From Escherichia phage vB_EcoM_HZ_ZJUN4: DNA of 64,000 nucleotides. The stretch is from the sequence record PP216085; one strand, 5' to 3'. Shown here piece by piece: positions 29,664 through 39,368 of the stretch; the stretch's first letter is position 1, and the number at the start of each line of letters is the position of its first letter. A program made the position numbers and the translations under genes. Below the pieces are notes generated by a model. The model did not search any database. It saw only the letters and a program-made list of their open reading frames with translations, and was not told where the DNA came from.

Positions 29664-29921
29664 ATGGCTAGTACTCGCGGTTATGTTAATATCAAAACAT
29701 TTGACCAAGCAGTTGATGGTGGTACAATTCAGGGTAAAGAAATTTCTGTAGCTTTCCCTCTTTATTCTGATGTTCACAAAATTTCTGGTGCTCATTATCA
29801 GACATTCCCTTCTGAAAAAGCAGCATATTCTACAGTATATGAAGAAAATCAGCGTACTGAATGGATCACTGCAAATGAAGGTCTTTGGACTGTTACACCT
29901 ACACCTGGTGTAGGTGGTTAA
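29664..29921 (+). CDS. soc: small outer capsid protein Soc
   Basis: MASTRGYVNIKTFDQ...VAFPLYSDVHKISGAHYQTFPSEKAAYSTVYEENQRTEW recognised as Soc. Confidence 0.88.
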   Translation: MASTRGYVNIKTFDQAVDGGTIQGKEISVAFPLYSDVHKISGAHYQTFPSEKAAYSTVYEENQRTEWITANEGLWTVTPTPGVGG

Positions 29922-29930
29922 ATAATTTAA

Positions 29931-29954
29931 GGAATCCTTCGGGGTTCCTTTTTT
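29931..29954 (+). terminator. hairpin ggaatccttcggggttcc + TTTTTT
   Basis: GC stem, UUCG loop, T run after soc. Confidence 0.6.
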
Positions 29955-29961
29955 CGTTTTT

Positions 29962-29996
29962 GCAGTTTACTTTCCAAAACAAGTATGGTATAATAG
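29962..29996 (+). promoter_or_regulatory. T4-type early promoter (GTTTAC 29965-29970, TGGTATAAT -10 29989-29994)
   Basis: Near-consensus early promoter. Confidence 0.6.
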
Positions 29997-30020
29997 AATT
30001 ATCTTATAGAGGAGAGCACT

Positions 30021-30233
30021 ATGTTAAATCGCTGGATTAAACCAAATGAAGACCTCCAGAAGGTTCTTGATAAAGCTATCGCTGATAAATGGGGTATGAA
30101 AAGCTGGGATTGTGATGTCGTCACGCATTCATTCATGATGCATGCAGATGGTTCAGTCGAGTTCAATGCTGAAATGCGATATACTGACTGGGGTGGATTT
30201 CAAAGAGTCGAATTTCAAAGAGGCTTTTTGTAA
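30021..30233 (+). CDS. hypothetical protein
   Basis: 70-aa ORF after early promoter and SD. Confidence 0.5.
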   Translation: MLNRWIKPNEDLQKVLDKAIADKWGMKSWDCDVVTHSFMMHADGSVEFNAEMRYTDWGGFQRVEFQRGFL

Positions 30234-30574
30234 TGTTTATCTTTAATTGGTTTAAAAATTTCTTTATGGATTTTTTCTTTACAGCTCCTGGAGAAGGTGT
30301 AGTTCCTATTTCAAATGACTACCTTCCTTTAACTGTAGTTGAATATGTTTATATGGGAGATGGAACAGTAGAAGCAGTTACTATGACTTATGAAGAAGCC
30401 CAGGAATATTATAAAAATCCTTGGCGCTGGTCAACACCTACTACATCATCTAATACACAGAATACACAGTCTAATTCTGATTCATATGACACTAATGTTC
30501 CTGTTCATGTATGGACGGGCGATTCGTGTGGAAGTTCTTGCGATTCTAGTTGTTCATCTACATCTTGCGATTGA
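30233..30574 (+). CDS. hypothetical protein with Cys/Ser-rich C-terminal tail ([16 protein letters not shown])
   Basis: 113-aa ORF; start may be an internal Met. Confidence 0.45.
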   Translation: MFIFNWFKNFFMDFFFTAPGEGVVPISNDYLPLTVVEYVYMGDGTVEAVTMTYEEAQEYYKNPWRWSTPTTSSNTQNTQSNSDSYDTNVPVHVWTGDSCGSSCDSSCSSTSCD

Positions 30575-30582
30575 GGAAAATT

Positions 30583-31068
30583 ATGGAAGCGATTTTGTTT
30601 GAAATGTATATTAGCAGTGATAGCATGTCGTTTGCTAAAGACGTTCCAATTACTGTAGCAGTAATGATTGATAAGGGTTATTGTGACCCAATGTATCTCG
30701 TAGAAAATTTCGTTTCAATGCCAGTTCCAGAAGATGCTGAAATAAAACTTAAAAAGATTGGTATTATTGAAACTGTACCAAATATTCCATTTAGAGCAAT
30801 TGAAGCATTTACTAAATCCGAATACATTAATGTTAGCGCAGAACAATATAATGATAAACCTTTATCTTTCTATTCGTATGATTCATTATATAGTTGGAAA
30901 ATAGATAAAGGAAATAAATTTATAATTGCAAGTGAAGATGCTTTATCATACTTTATTTCTTCTATATGGAATAGTTTACATCCAAATTTGCTAAAAATTC
31001 ATAAATTCGATGATGCTCCTACTGTTGTTTTAGGTAAAATAAATGAAAGTTCTGAAGAAAATGTTTGA
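30583..31068 (+). CDS. hypothetical protein
   Basis: ATG 30583 after GAGG (track start 30550). Confidence 0.5.
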   Translation: MEAILFEMYISSDSMSFAKDVPITVAVMIDKGYCDPMYLVENFVSMPVPEDAEIKLKKIGIIETVPNIPFRAIEAFTKSEYINVSAEQYNDKPLSFYSYDSLYSWKIDKGNKFIIASEDALSYFISSIWNSLHPNLLKIHKFDDAPTVVLGKINESSEENV

Positions 31069-31246
31069 ATGGTTCAATAGACCAAACTCAATGTACATTG
31101 ACGATGGTTGGGTTGAACAAGCAAATAAAGAAATGCAGAACGAATCAGAAGAATGGATGAAATCAATGATTAGTGCTGAGAAAGAAAAGAAATTAGAACG
31201 CTCAGCGCTTAAATTGATGAGAGACATCTATGGGGATAAATCGTGA
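31043..31246 (+). CDS. hypothetical protein (charged, coiled-coil-like)
   Basis: 67-aa ORF. Confidence 0.4.
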   Translation: MKVLKKMFEWFNRPNSMYIDDGWVEQANKEMQNESEEWMKSMISAEKEKKLERSALKLMRDIYGDKS

Positions 31247-31399
31247 ACAGAGATATGACGTTAGAAGAGGCCAAGGCTAAAGCAAATGAAGCATTGGATT
31301 TGCTTCTTAAAATTGGCAGTAAAATGATGGAAGAAAATGAGAAATATATCCAGGAAAACAAAATTCCTGACGGCCCGTTAGTAGGCAAGAGGAAATCAC

Positions 31400-31870
31400 A
31401 TGATTGAAGTAGCAAAACATTATTCAATAGAATTTATGTCTAAAGAAGGTAAATCAGTAAATACGCTTGACAAAGATTGCTCATTAATTATTCCTTTAGC
31501 AGAAAATCCGGACCTTTTAATTAAAGATATAAAAGAAAGAAAATATCCAGAAAATGTTATTCTAATTATAAAGCATACTGAAGATATTTTGCAGCATACT
31601 GATTCACCATTTTCTTCTTCTGAGGCTTTAACTATTAAAGGCTATAAAAGAGCTCATGAATATGGTCTTTTTGACCTGTTTGAAGACGATAAAGTTAAAT
31701 TAGCGAGTCAACCTTCTAAAAGTAAAACATTCATTATTGAAGATATTAAAGATATAAATGCATTTGTTAAGATGGTCTGGGCTCATTTTGATGTTGGACT
31801 ACGCTGGAGAATGTCCGAAGAAGAAAGAAAGATTATTGAAGCTAATCGTTATTTTGGTTTTTATCGCTAG
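31400..31870 (+). CDS. hypothetical protein (T4 mrh region)
   Basis: 156-aa ORF upstream of modB. Confidence 0.45.
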   Translation: MIEVAKHYSIEFMSKEGKSVNTLDKDCSLIIPLAENPDLLIKDIKERKYPENVILIIKHTEDILQHTDSPFSSSEALTIKGYKRAHEYGLFDLFEDDKVKLASQPSKSKTFIIEDIKDINAFVKMVWAHFDVGLRWRMSEEERKIIEANRYFGFYR

Positions 31871-31878
31871 GAATTAAT

Positions 31879-32061
31879 ATGGATTTATTTGAGATGTTAG
31901 AAGATAATCATTCTACGAATATCCAGAATGATTCTAGTGATTATAAGAAAGAATACCGTATAGTATTACAGAATTATGGAATTGAAGCTCCAGATGCTCT
32001 TCTAGAAGAACTAGCTTCATACCATCTTGACCCTCCGCCCTGGGCTCCCTGGGCAAAATAA
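31879..32061 (+). CDS. hypothetical protein
   Basis: 60-aa ORF. Confidence 0.35.
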   Translation: MDLFEMLEDNHSTNIQNDSSDYKKEYRIVLQNYGIEAPDALLEELASYHLDPPPWAPWAK

Positions 32062-32069
32062 TTCAAAAA

Positions 32070-32104
32070 GTTGTTTACTTTCCTTCCTAACAATGATATG
32101 ATAG
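32070..32104 (+). promoter_or_regulatory. T4-type early promoter (GTTTAC 32073-32078, TATGAT -10 32097-32102)
   Basis: Pattern match upstream of modB. Confidence 0.5.
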
Positions 32105-32128
32105 CTTCTGAAGTATATGGAGGCTATC

Positions 32129-32752
32129 ATGATTATTAATCTTGCAGATGTTGAACAGTTATCTATAAAAGCTGAAAGCGTTGATTTTCAATATGATATG
32201 TATAAAAAGGTCTGTGAAAAATTTACTGACTTTGAACAGTCAGTTCTTTGGCAATGTATGGAAGCCAAAAAGAATGAAGCTCTTCATCGGCAGTTGAATA
32301 AAATCGTTAAAAAGCATTTAACTAAATCACCTTATCAGCTATATCGTGGTATATCAAAATCGACAAAAGAACTCATTAAAGATTTACAAGTCGGAGAAGT
32401 GTTTTCAACGAACAGAGTAGATTCATTTACTACTAGTTTGCATACAGCGTGTTCTTTTTCTTATGCTGAATATTTCACTGAAATAGTACTTCGCTTAAAA
32501 ACTGATAAAGCTTTTAATTATTCTGACCATATCAGTGATATCATACTTTCTTCTCCTAATACTGAGTTTAAGTATACATATGAAGATACTGATGGATTAG
32601 ATTCAGAACGTACTGATAACTTAATGATGATTGTGCGTGAACAAGAATGGATGATTCCAATTGGAAAGTATAAAATAACTTCTATTTCAAAAGAAAAATT
32701 ACACGATTCATTTGGAACATTTAAAGTGTATGATATTGAGGTAGTTGAATGA
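32129..32752 (+). CDS. modB: ADP-ribosyltransferase ModB
   Basis: 207 aa from ATG 32129 (GGAGG SD); R-S-ExE signature (YRGI, STN, EQEWMIP); paired with second ART gene. Confidence 0.7.
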   Translation: MIINLADVEQLSIKAESVDFQYDMYKKVCEKFTDFEQSVLWQCMEAKKNEALHRQLNKIVKKHLTKSPYQLYRGISKSTKELIKDLQVGEVFSTNRVDSFTTSLHTACSFSYAEYFTEIVLRLKTDKAFNYSDHISDIILSSPNTEFKYTYEDTDGLDSERTDNLMMIVREQEWMIPIGKYKITSISKEKLHDSFGTFKVYDIEVVE

Positions 32753-33351
32753 AATATTCAGCAATGCAATTAAAAGATTTTAAAATCAAATCAATGGATG
32801 CATCGGTGCGTGCTTCTATTCGTGAAGAATTACTTTCTGAAGGATTTAATTTATCCGAAATTGAACTTTTAATTCATTGTATTACTAATAAGCCAGACGA
32901 CCACTCTTGGTTAAATGAAATAATCAAATCTCGTTTGGTTCCAAACGATAAACCTCTTTGGAGAGGTGTTCCAGTTGAAACTAAGCAGGTGTTAAATCAA
33001 GGAATTGATATTATTACATTTGATAAAGTAGTATCAGCTTCATATGATAAAAATATAGCTCTACATTTTGCTTCTGGATTAGAATACAACACACAAGTTA
33101 TTTTTGAATTCAAAGCTCCTATGGTATTTAATTTTCAGGAGTATGCTATAAAAGCTCTACGTTGTAAAGAATATAGTCCGAGTTTTAAGTTTCCGGATAG
33201 CCATCGTTATCGTAATATGGAATTAGTTTCAGATGAACAAGAAGTAATGATACCAGCTGGAAGTGTATTTAGAATTGCGGATAGATATGAGTATAAAAAG
33301 CATTCAACATACACTATCTATACTCTTGACTTTGAAGGATTTAATCTATAA
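32749..33351 (+). CDS. modA: ADP-ribosyltransferase ModA
   Basis: 200 aa; R-S-ExE signature (WRGV, SAS, EQEVMIP); ATGA overlap with modB. Confidence 0.7.
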   Translation: MKYSAMQLKDFKIKSMDASVRASIREELLSEGFNLSEIELLIHCITNKPDDHSWLNEIIKSRLVPNDKPLWRGVPVETKQVLNQGIDIITFDKVVSASYDKNIALHFASGLEYNTQVIFEFKAPMVFNFQEYAIKALRCKEYSPSFKFPDSHRYRNMELVSDEQEVMIPAGSVFRIADRYEYKKHSTYTIYTLDFEGFNL

Positions 33352-33403
33352 TGGAAGGACTTAGATTCATTATACCATGAAAGTTTTAAAGCATTTTTCA
33401 TAA

Positions 33404-33440
33404 AGTTGTTTACAAGCTGAAGTAAAAATGTTATAGTATA
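33404..33440 (+). promoter_or_regulatory. T4-type early promoter (GTTTACA 33408-33414, TATAGT 33433-33438)
   Basis: Pattern match. Confidence 0.55.
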
Positions 33441-33466
33441 AGTAGTTAACCGTCCGTGAGAAAAAT

Positions 33467-34213
33467 ATGAAACTGTCTAAAAATCAAATTCGTAAAATTA
33501 CACGTCGTCTAGAGCATACTCAGGCATCTGCTAAAAGACGTTCTAAAGATTTTAACTTAGACTTCAATTACATTAAGAACATTTTAGATCAGAAAGTTTG
33601 CGCTTACTCGGGAGAACCTTTTGATAATCGTATTGAAGGAGAGAAATTATCGTTAGAACGTTTTGATAATAACGTTGGATATATTAAAGGGAATGTTATT
33701 GCAGTAAAGAAAAAGTATAATACATTTCGTTCTGATTATACTTTAGAAGAGTTGATTGAAAAGCGTGATTTATTTGCTTTGCGAATTTGTCGTTCATCTG
33801 CGAAAAAAGTTCATAAACTAAATTTAGATGAAAAGAAATGGGCTAAAATCAAAAAGACTTATAATCAAATTAAAGCTATACAGAAAAAACGTGAAAACCG
33901 AATTGAGCACATTTCTCAGCTTTCTAAATCAAAACAAACCTCTGACATTAAGCTAACGATTATAGCACTTAAAGCTCGTATTGATGGTTCTCGTATAGCA
34001 GAAGGCGCTGAAGTTGTTAAATTGAACGTTCTTCTTAAAGGCTCGGATTGGAAAACTGTGAAAAAGTTGTCAGAAGCAGAAATGCAATATGATATGTGTG
34101 ATAAAATTATTCAAGGTGTAGAGCGGTATCAAAACTTGTCTTTTATTGATAAACTTAAACTGAAAAGAGGATACCCGCTAAATTGTTCAATTTTTAAACT
34201 TATCCGAGGATAA
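33467..34213 (+). CDS. srd: hypothetical protein at T4 srd position (sigma-70-like?)
   Basis: 248-aa basic ORF between modA and dda; assigned by position only. Confidence 0.45.
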   Translation: MKLSKNQIRKITRRLEHTQASAKRRSKDFNLDFNYIKNILDQKVCAYSGEPFDNRIEGEKLSLERFDNNVGYIKGNVIAVKKKYNTFRSDYTLEELIEKRDLFALRICRSSAKKVHKLNLDEKKWAKIKKTYNQIKAIQKKRENRIEHISQLSKSKQTSDIKLTIIALKARIDGSRIAEGAEVVKLNVLLKGSDWKTVKKLSEAEMQYDMCDKIIQGVERYQNLSFIDKLKLKRGYPLNCSIFKLIRG

Positions 34214-34214
34214 T

Positions 34215-34526
34215 ATGTTTTATGTATATGCGATAGTGTATAGAGATAAAGATGGATTTGCGGTGCCTGTTCCTCTTGATGAACATCGTCCTGCTGTATT
34301 TTTTGAAAGGGAGATTGCTGATAAAGTATTTACTACTCTTAAAGAGCAGTATCGACTAGCTTTAAGTATGGGAATTCCGAGATTAGTTGAGACTCCACGC
34401 AAGTTTTGGTTTAATAAAATAGAAGTTAAACATGTTAAGCCTGATGTAGACACACAAAGATTATATCGGCGAATTTTAGATACTGGGCGTATTGTTAGTA
34501 TACCAATTGCAGGGAATTTACGATGA
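34215..34526 (+). CDS. hypothetical protein (T4 dda.1 position)
   Basis: 103-aa ORF, overlaps dda start. Confidence 0.5.
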   Translation: MFYVYAIVYRDKDGFAVPVPLDEHRPAVFFEREIADKVFTTLKEQYRLALSMGIPRLVETPRKFWFNKIEVKHVKPDVDTQRLYRRILDTGRIVSIPIAGNLR

Positions 34527-35842
34527 CATTTGATGATTTGACTGAAGGCCAGAAAAATGCCTTTAACATCGTTATGAGGGCTATTAAAGAAAAGAAACAT
34601 CATGTAACTATTAATGGACCTGCTGGTACTGGTAAGACTACTCTTACTAAGTTCATCATTGAAGCCTTAATATCTACGGGCGAAACTGGCATTATTTTAG
34701 CAGCTCCTACTCATGCAGCTAAAAAGATTCTTTCAAAACTGTCAGGGAAAGAAGCGAGTACTATTCACAGTATTCTCAAAATTAACCCAGTAACATATGA
34801 AGAAAACGTTCTTTTTGAGCAAAAAGAAGTACCGGATTTAGCCAAATGCAGAGTATTAATCTGCGACGAAGTGTCAATGTATGATAGAAAGCTATTTAAA
34901 ATTCTGCTTTCAACTATTCCACCGTGGTGTACTATAATTGGAATAGGCGATAATAAGCAAATTAGACCTGTTGACCCAGGAGAAAACACTGCTTATATCA
35001 GTCCATTCTTTACACACAAAGATTTTTATCAATGTGAACTCACTGAAGTTAAACGCAGTAATGCTCCTATTATTGATGTAGCTACTGATGTTCGTAACGG
35101 TAAGTGGATTTATGATAAAATTGTTGACGGACATGGAGTACGTGGATTTACTGGTGATACTGCTTTACGCGATTTTATGGTAAATTATTTTTCAATCGTC
35201 AAATCGTTAGATGATTTGTTTGAAAATCGCGTAATGGCATTTACGAATAAATCTGTTGATAAGTTAAATAGCATTATTCGTAAAAAGATTTTTGAAACTG
35301 ATAAAGATTTTATTGTCGGTGAAATTATTGTAATGCAGGAACCATTAATTAAAACATATAAAATTGATGGAAAGCCTGTGTCAGAAATTATTTTTAATAA
35401 CGGACAATTAGTTCGTATTATAGAAGCAGAGTATACATCAACATTTGTTAAAGCTCGTGGTGTTCCTGGAGAATATCTAATTCGTCATTGGGATTTAACA
35501 GTAGAAACTTACGGCGATGATGAATATTATCGTGAAAAGATTAAAATAATTTCATCTGATGAAGAGCTGTATAAGTTTAACTTATTTTTAGGTAAAACTG
35601 CAGAAACTTACAAAAATTGGAATAAAGGCGGAAAGGCTCCATGGAGTGATTTTTGGGATGCTAAATCACAATTTAGTAAAGTGAAAGCACTTCCTGCATC
35701 AACATTCCACAAAGCTCAGGGCATGTCTGTAGACCGTGCTTTCATCTATACGCCTTGTATTCATTATGCAGACGCTGAATTGGCTCAGCAGCTTCTTTAT
35801 GTTGGTGTCACTCGTGGTCGTTATGATGTGTTTTACGTATGA
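34523..35842 (+). CDS. dda: Dda DNA helicase (SF1B)
   Basis: 439 aa; Walker A GPAGTGKTT; recognised as T4 Dda. Confidence 0.93.
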   Translation: MTFDDLTEGQKNAFNIVMRAIKEKKHHVTINGPAGTGKTTLTKFIIEALISTGETGIILAAPTHAAKKILSKLSGKEASTIHSILKINPVTYEENVLFEQKEVPDLAKCRVLICDEVSMYDRKLFKILLSTIPPWCTIIGIGDNKQIRPVDPGENTAYISPFFTHKDFYQCELTEVKRSNAPIIDVATDVRNGKWIYDKIVDGHGVRGFTGDTALRDFMVNYFSIVKSLDDLFENRVMAFTNKSVDKLNSIIRKKIFETDKDFIVGEIIVMQEPLIKTYKIDGKPVSEIIFNNGQLVRIIEAEYTSTFVKARGVPGEYLIRHWDLTVETYGDDEYYREKIKIISSDEELYKFNLFLGKTAETYKNWNKGGKAPWSDFWDAKSQFSKVKALPASTFHKAQGMSVDRAFIYTPCIHYADAELAQQLLYVGVTRGRYDVFYV

Positions 35843-35863
35843 TTAAATTTGAGGAAGCTATTC

Positions 35864-36109
35864 GTGGAAATAACTAAAGACCAGTTTTATCTGCTTCAAG
35901 ATAAAGTAAGCGAAATTTATGAAATATCTTATAGTAAAAATTATGAAACTGTGAAAATTGAGTCTAGTAAGTTAATGCTTCAATTGGAAGAAATTGAACG
36001 AGATTTGACTGCGTTAGAATTCTTTTGTGGTAGAGTGAAAACTGTTACAATCAGTGATTATATTTTAGGTGAAATTAGTCATCTTTATAAGGCGATTATT
36101 AATGTTTGA
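35864..36109 (+). CDS. hypothetical protein; start uncertain (track uses TTG 35849, GTG 35864 follows GAGGA)
   Basis: Small ORF between dda and dexA. Confidence 0.35.
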   Translation: MEITKDQFYLLQDKVSEIYEISYSKNYETVKIESSKLMLQLEEIERDLTALEFFCGRVKTVTISDYILGEISHLYKAIINV

Positions 36110-36785
36110 TTTTATTATAGATTTTGAAACAATGGGAAGCGGTGAAAAAGCAGCTGTTATTGATTTGGCTGTTATTGCCTTTGACCCTAATCCAGAAGTA
36201 GTTGAATCATTTGATGAATTAGTTTCACGTGGCATTAAAATCAAGTTTGATTTAAAAAGCCAAAAAGGACATCGTCTTTTTACTAAAAGCACTATCGAAT
36301 GGTGGAAAAATCAGTCTCCTGAAGCTCGAAAAAATATTGCACCATCAGATGAAGATGTAAGCACTATCGATGGTATTGTAAAATTTAATGATTACATCAA
36401 TGCGCATAACATCGATCCTTGGAAATCTCAAGGCTGGTGCCGTGGAATGTCGTTTGATTTTCCAATTTTAGTCGATCTCATTCGCGATATTCAACGTCTT
36501 AATGGCGTTTCTGAGAATGAACTTGACACATTTAAGTTAGAACCATGTAAATTCTGGAATCAGCGTGATATTCGTACAAGAATTGAAGCACTTCTGCTTG
36601 TTCGTGATATGACCACGTGTCCTCTTCCAAAGGGAACTTTAGATGGATTCGTTGCACATGATTCTATTCATGACTGTGCGAAAGACATCCTGATGATGAA
36701 GTATGCTTTGCGATATGCTATGGGTCTTGAAGATGCTCCGTCAGAAGAAGAGTGCGATCCTCTATCTCTTCCAACAAAACGATAA
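36102..36785 (+). CDS. dexA: exonuclease A (DEDDh 3'-5' exonuclease)
   Basis: 227 aa from ATG 36102; Exo I motif IIDFETMG and later H..D motif. Confidence 0.8.
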   Translation: MFDFIIDFETMGSGEKAAVIDLAVIAFDPNPEVVESFDELVSRGIKIKFDLKSQKGHRLFTKSTIEWWKNQSPEARKNIAPSDEDVSTIDGIVKFNDYINAHNIDPWKSQGWCRGMSFDFPILVDLIRDIQRLNGVSENELDTFKLEPCKFWNQRDIRTRIEALLLVRDMTTCPLPKGTLDGFVAHDSIHDCAKDILMMKYALRYAMGLEDAPSEEECDPLSLPTKR

Positions 36786-36787
36786 AA

Positions 36788-36823
36788 AGTTGTTTACTTC
36801 CTCGGTTAGTTGTGGTATTATAA
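36788..36823 (+). promoter_or_regulatory. T4-type early promoter (GTTTAC 36792-36797, TATTAT 36816-36821)
   Basis: Pattern match. Confidence 0.55.
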
Positions 36824-36889
36824 CACCATAGCTACTGAGGATAATAAAATGAAAATTTATCGTGTTGAATCATCGTTTAGTGAATTAAA

Positions 36890-36925
36890 TTAAGTTTACA
36901 AACTCTTGGGACCAGAGTATAATGG
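36890..36925 (+). promoter_or_regulatory. T4-type early promoter (GTTTACA 36894-36900, TATAAT 36918-36923) with -10 embedded in inverted repeat gggacca/tggtccc
   Basis: Second promoter in tandem, upstream of motB. Confidence 0.5.
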
Positions 36926-36967
36926 TCCCGCGGAGTATAAAATCTTTTTAACAAGTGAGAGATAACT

Positions 36968-37465
36968 ATGATTATTAATATTGGTGAAATTGCTCGTGTA
37001 TCTGATAAATCCCGTTCTAAAGCAGCAGGAAAATTGGTCGAAATTGTAAGCATTCAGCTTAAACACGGCGTTAAAGATGAAGATTCTGAAGTAAAAGTGC
37101 GTATCATTCCTAAAGATGGAAAGTCTAAACCCCAGTTTGGCTATGTTCGTGCGAAATTTCTTGAATCTGCGTTTTTGAAAGCTGTTCCTGCTAAAGAAAT
37201 TGAAACGATTGATACTTCGCATGTAGGTGTAGACTTTAAGTGGAAACTCGGTCAGGCTATTAAGTTCATTGCTCCTTATGAATTCGAATTTACCGAAGAT
37301 GAGGAAGGGGTTGTTCAAAAACATCGTACTCGTGCTATGTGTGCATACATTACTGATCAATGGGTAGAAGATGGCGTTAAGCTGTACAACGCGGTATTTT
37401 TAGGAACATACAAAGTCATTCCTGAAAGTTGGATTAAACACTATAGCAAAGCTCGCTGTGCATAA
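36968..37465 (+). CDS. motB: hypothetical protein at T4 motB position
   Basis: 165-aa ORF; assignment by position and size. Confidence 0.5.
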   Translation: MIINIGEIARVSDKSRSKAAGKLVEIVSIQLKHGVKDEDSEVKVRIIPKDGKSKPQFGYVRAKFLESAFLKAVPAKEIETIDTSHVGVDFKWKLGQAIKFIAPYEFEFTEDEEGVVQKHRTRAMCAYITDQWVEDGVKLYNAVFLGTYKVIPESWIKHYSKARCA

Positions 37466-37480
37466 AGTTTAAAATTTTTT

Positions 37481-37563
37481 CATAAAACTATATACATCAG
37501 TAGTTGATTATGGTACTATATCAATATCAACTACTGATACAGAAAAACAACTTGGAGAATAAA
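37481..37563 (+). promoter_or_regulatory. promoter/leader cassette copy D (PeSL-like, diverged)
   Basis: Shares aaaattttttca, tggtactata, tatcaactactgatacag and ggagaataaaatg with copies A-C. Confidence 0.55.
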
Positions 37564-37833
37564 ATGGAAAACTTAATTATCATCGAGCAATCTTTCAACG
37601 ATTATGGTATGGCTTACGGTTATCGTGCGATAATGGAAGATTCTCGTGGATGTGTTATCGATATTGCTGAATGTAAAGATTTACTGCAGCTTTTGAAGAT
37701 TGTTCGCAAAAATTGGGATTGTGAAAACATTAAAGTTCGTGTTGTAACGGAAGAAGAAACTGTTTTTCATGATGTAAAATTTGCCAAAGGTGCTGCTACT
37801 CTTCTGAAACGCATCGCTCCACTGTTCAATTAA
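37564..37833 (+). CDS. hypothetical protein
   Basis: 90 aa from ATG 37564 after cassette leader (track ORF 37504-37833 extends into the leader). Confidence 0.5.
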   Translation: MENLIIIEQSFNDYGMAYGYRAIMEDSRGCVIDIAECKDLLQLLKIVRKNWDCENIKVRVVTEEETVFHDVKFAKGAATLLKRIAPLFN

Positions 37834-37846
37834 TGAGGAAATTGTA

Positions 37847-38062
37847 ATGAAACGTAAAACTGTTCAGAATTGCACTAATGACGAATTTGAAGATGTATTA
37901 TTCGATCCAGATTTGGTAGTAGTTCAAAAAGAACATACCGTTAAGTTTACTCACTTGACTTCGGTTTATGTGTATGAAAAGGTTGGTGATAAACAGCCAA
38001 TTTACGGTGTATTTCGTGAAATTACTGAAGATGGCACAACTTACTGGAAGGAAATTTATTAA
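37847..38062 (+). CDS. hypothetical protein
   Basis: 71-aa ORF. Confidence 0.45.
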   Translation: MKRKTVQNCTNDEFEDVLFDPDLVVVQKEHTVKFTHLTSVYVYEKVGDKQPIYGVFREITEDGTTYWKEIY

Positions 38063-38481
38063 TGGCTATTAAATTTGAAGTTAATAAATGGTATCAATTT
38101 AAAAATAAACAAGCTCAAGAAAATTTTATTAAAGACCATACTGATAACGGAATCTATGCACGACGTTTAGGTATGGAACCTTTTAAAATTTTAGATGCTG
38201 ATTATCTTGGGCGTCCTACTAAAATTGTGACATCCACAGGTGTACTCAAACGTTGTGCCGGCGCTGATATCCTTGACGAAAACTTTATCTGGCTCTCTAC
38301 TAACGAAGCTGGGTTCTTTGATGAAGTGGAAAATCCATATCAGGCAGCTGGAGAGCAAGAGCAGGAAGAGCAAGAACAAATAGAAGATTTCACAGAATTC
38401 CCGGTAATGAAAGTTACTATTGAAAATAATGAGCAGGCATGGTCCTTGTATCAGATGTTGAAAGCACACTTTAAGGAATAA
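38062..38481 (+). CDS. hypothetical protein with acidic QEQEEQEQ tract (T4 goF/comC-alpha region?)
   Basis: 139-aa ORF, TAATG overlap. Confidence 0.45.
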   Translation: MAIKFEVNKWYQFKNKQAQENFIKDHTDNGIYARRLGMEPFKILDADYLGRPTKIVTSTGVLKRCAGADILDENFIWLSTNEAGFFDEVENPYQAAGEQEQEEQEQIEDFTEFPVMKVTIENNEQAWSLYQMLKAHFKE

Positions 38482-38483
38482 TT

Positions 38484-38660
38484 ATGCCAATGTATGATTA
38501 TAAATGCCAATCTGAAGATTGCGGGCATGAATATGAAAAAATTAAAAAGATTTCTGAACGAGAAAATGATGTTTGCCCTAAATGTCATCGTTTGTCTACT
38601 CGTCGGCCTTCTGCTCCTAAGCATGTGAATGGTGGTTTTTACGACTTACTTAAAGGGTAA
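38484..38660 (+). CDS. FmdB-family zinc-ribbon protein (58 aa)
   Basis: MPMYDYKCQSEDCGHEYE...CPKCH: two CxxC pairs typical of FmdB zinc ribbon; not in ORF track. Confidence 0.5.
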   Translation: MPMYDYKCQSEDCGHEYEKIKKISERENDVCPKCHRLSTRRPSAPKHVNGGFYDLLKG

Positions 38661-38662
38661 TT

Positions 38663-39034
38663 ATGTTTAAAATTGGTAAGAAATATCGCATTCGTGAAGG
38701 TGAAGAACAGAAATATCTACTTTCTGCTAGTAATAGGAATAGTTCTATTAATGCTGTAATATTGACTAGTGAATTTATCGTTGAAGATATGAAAGGTCAT
38801 AATGTTACAATGATTAGTACAGCATCTAGAAATGACGGAAAAATTCTTCATAGTTGTCAGAGTAGTGTTCTAATTTATGATGAAGAATTTGACTTCTTCA
38901 AAGAAGTTTCCGAAGATTTTGATTTTGAATGCACTATCACTATGAAATCTGGCGACCCTCTTTCTTTTACAGTTAAAGATGAAAGAAGCCGCTTGAGAAT
39001 TATTAGTCTCCTTCAAGCCATTAAATTTGAGTGA
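38663..39034 (+). CDS. hypothetical protein
   Basis: 123-aa ORF. Confidence 0.5.
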   Translation: MFKIGKKYRIREGEEQKYLLSASNRNSSINAVILTSEFIVEDMKGHNVTMISTASRNDGKILHSCQSSVLIYDEEFDFFKEVSEDFDFECTITMKSGDPLSFTVKDERSRLRIISLLQAIKFE

Positions 39035-39299
39035 AATTATGAAATATGTTAATCGTTCTATCGCAGCATTAGTATTAGCAGTATCTTTAGTAGGATGTAC
39101 TGATGCTGATAATGCAACCAAAGTTTTGTCTTCAAGCGGTTTTACTAATATTGAAATCACTGGATATAATTGGTTCGGTTGCTCTGAAAATGATTTCCAA
39201 CACACTGGATTTCGTGCTATTGGACCTACCGGGCAGAAAGTAGAAGGAACAGTATGTTCTGGTCTATTCTTCAAGGATTCGACTATCCGTTTTAAATAA
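39027..39299 (+). CDS. predicted lipoprotein (signal peptide, LVGC lipobox)
   Basis: MKYVNRSIAALVLAVSLVGCTD... Confidence 0.5.
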   Translation: MSEIMKYVNRSIAALVLAVSLVGCTDADNATKVLSSSGFTNIEITGYNWFGCSENDFQHTGFRAIGPTGQKVEGTVCSGLFFKDSTIRFK

Positions 39300-39300
39300 A

Positions 39301-39314
39301 AGGCCTTCGGGCCT
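39301..39314 (+). terminator. hairpin aggccttcgggcct
   Basis: GC stem and UUCG loop after lipoprotein gene. Confidence 0.5.
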
Positions 39315-39315
39315 T

Positions 39316-39341
39316 TAGCTTTATGATTACCGGAGTATAAT
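39316..39341 (+). promoter_or_regulatory. candidate MotA-dependent middle promoter (tAGCTTTA 39316-39323, TATAAT 39336-39341, 12-nt spacing)
   Basis: Same module as 8421-8446. Confidence 0.45.
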
Positions 39342-39368
39342 ATTCCCGAAACCAAACGAGGATAAGTG

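Noticed and set aside
36896-37360. 154-aa minus-strand ORF inside motB
   Set aside because: Antisense to a plus-strand gene with promoter and SD; low-complexity translation.
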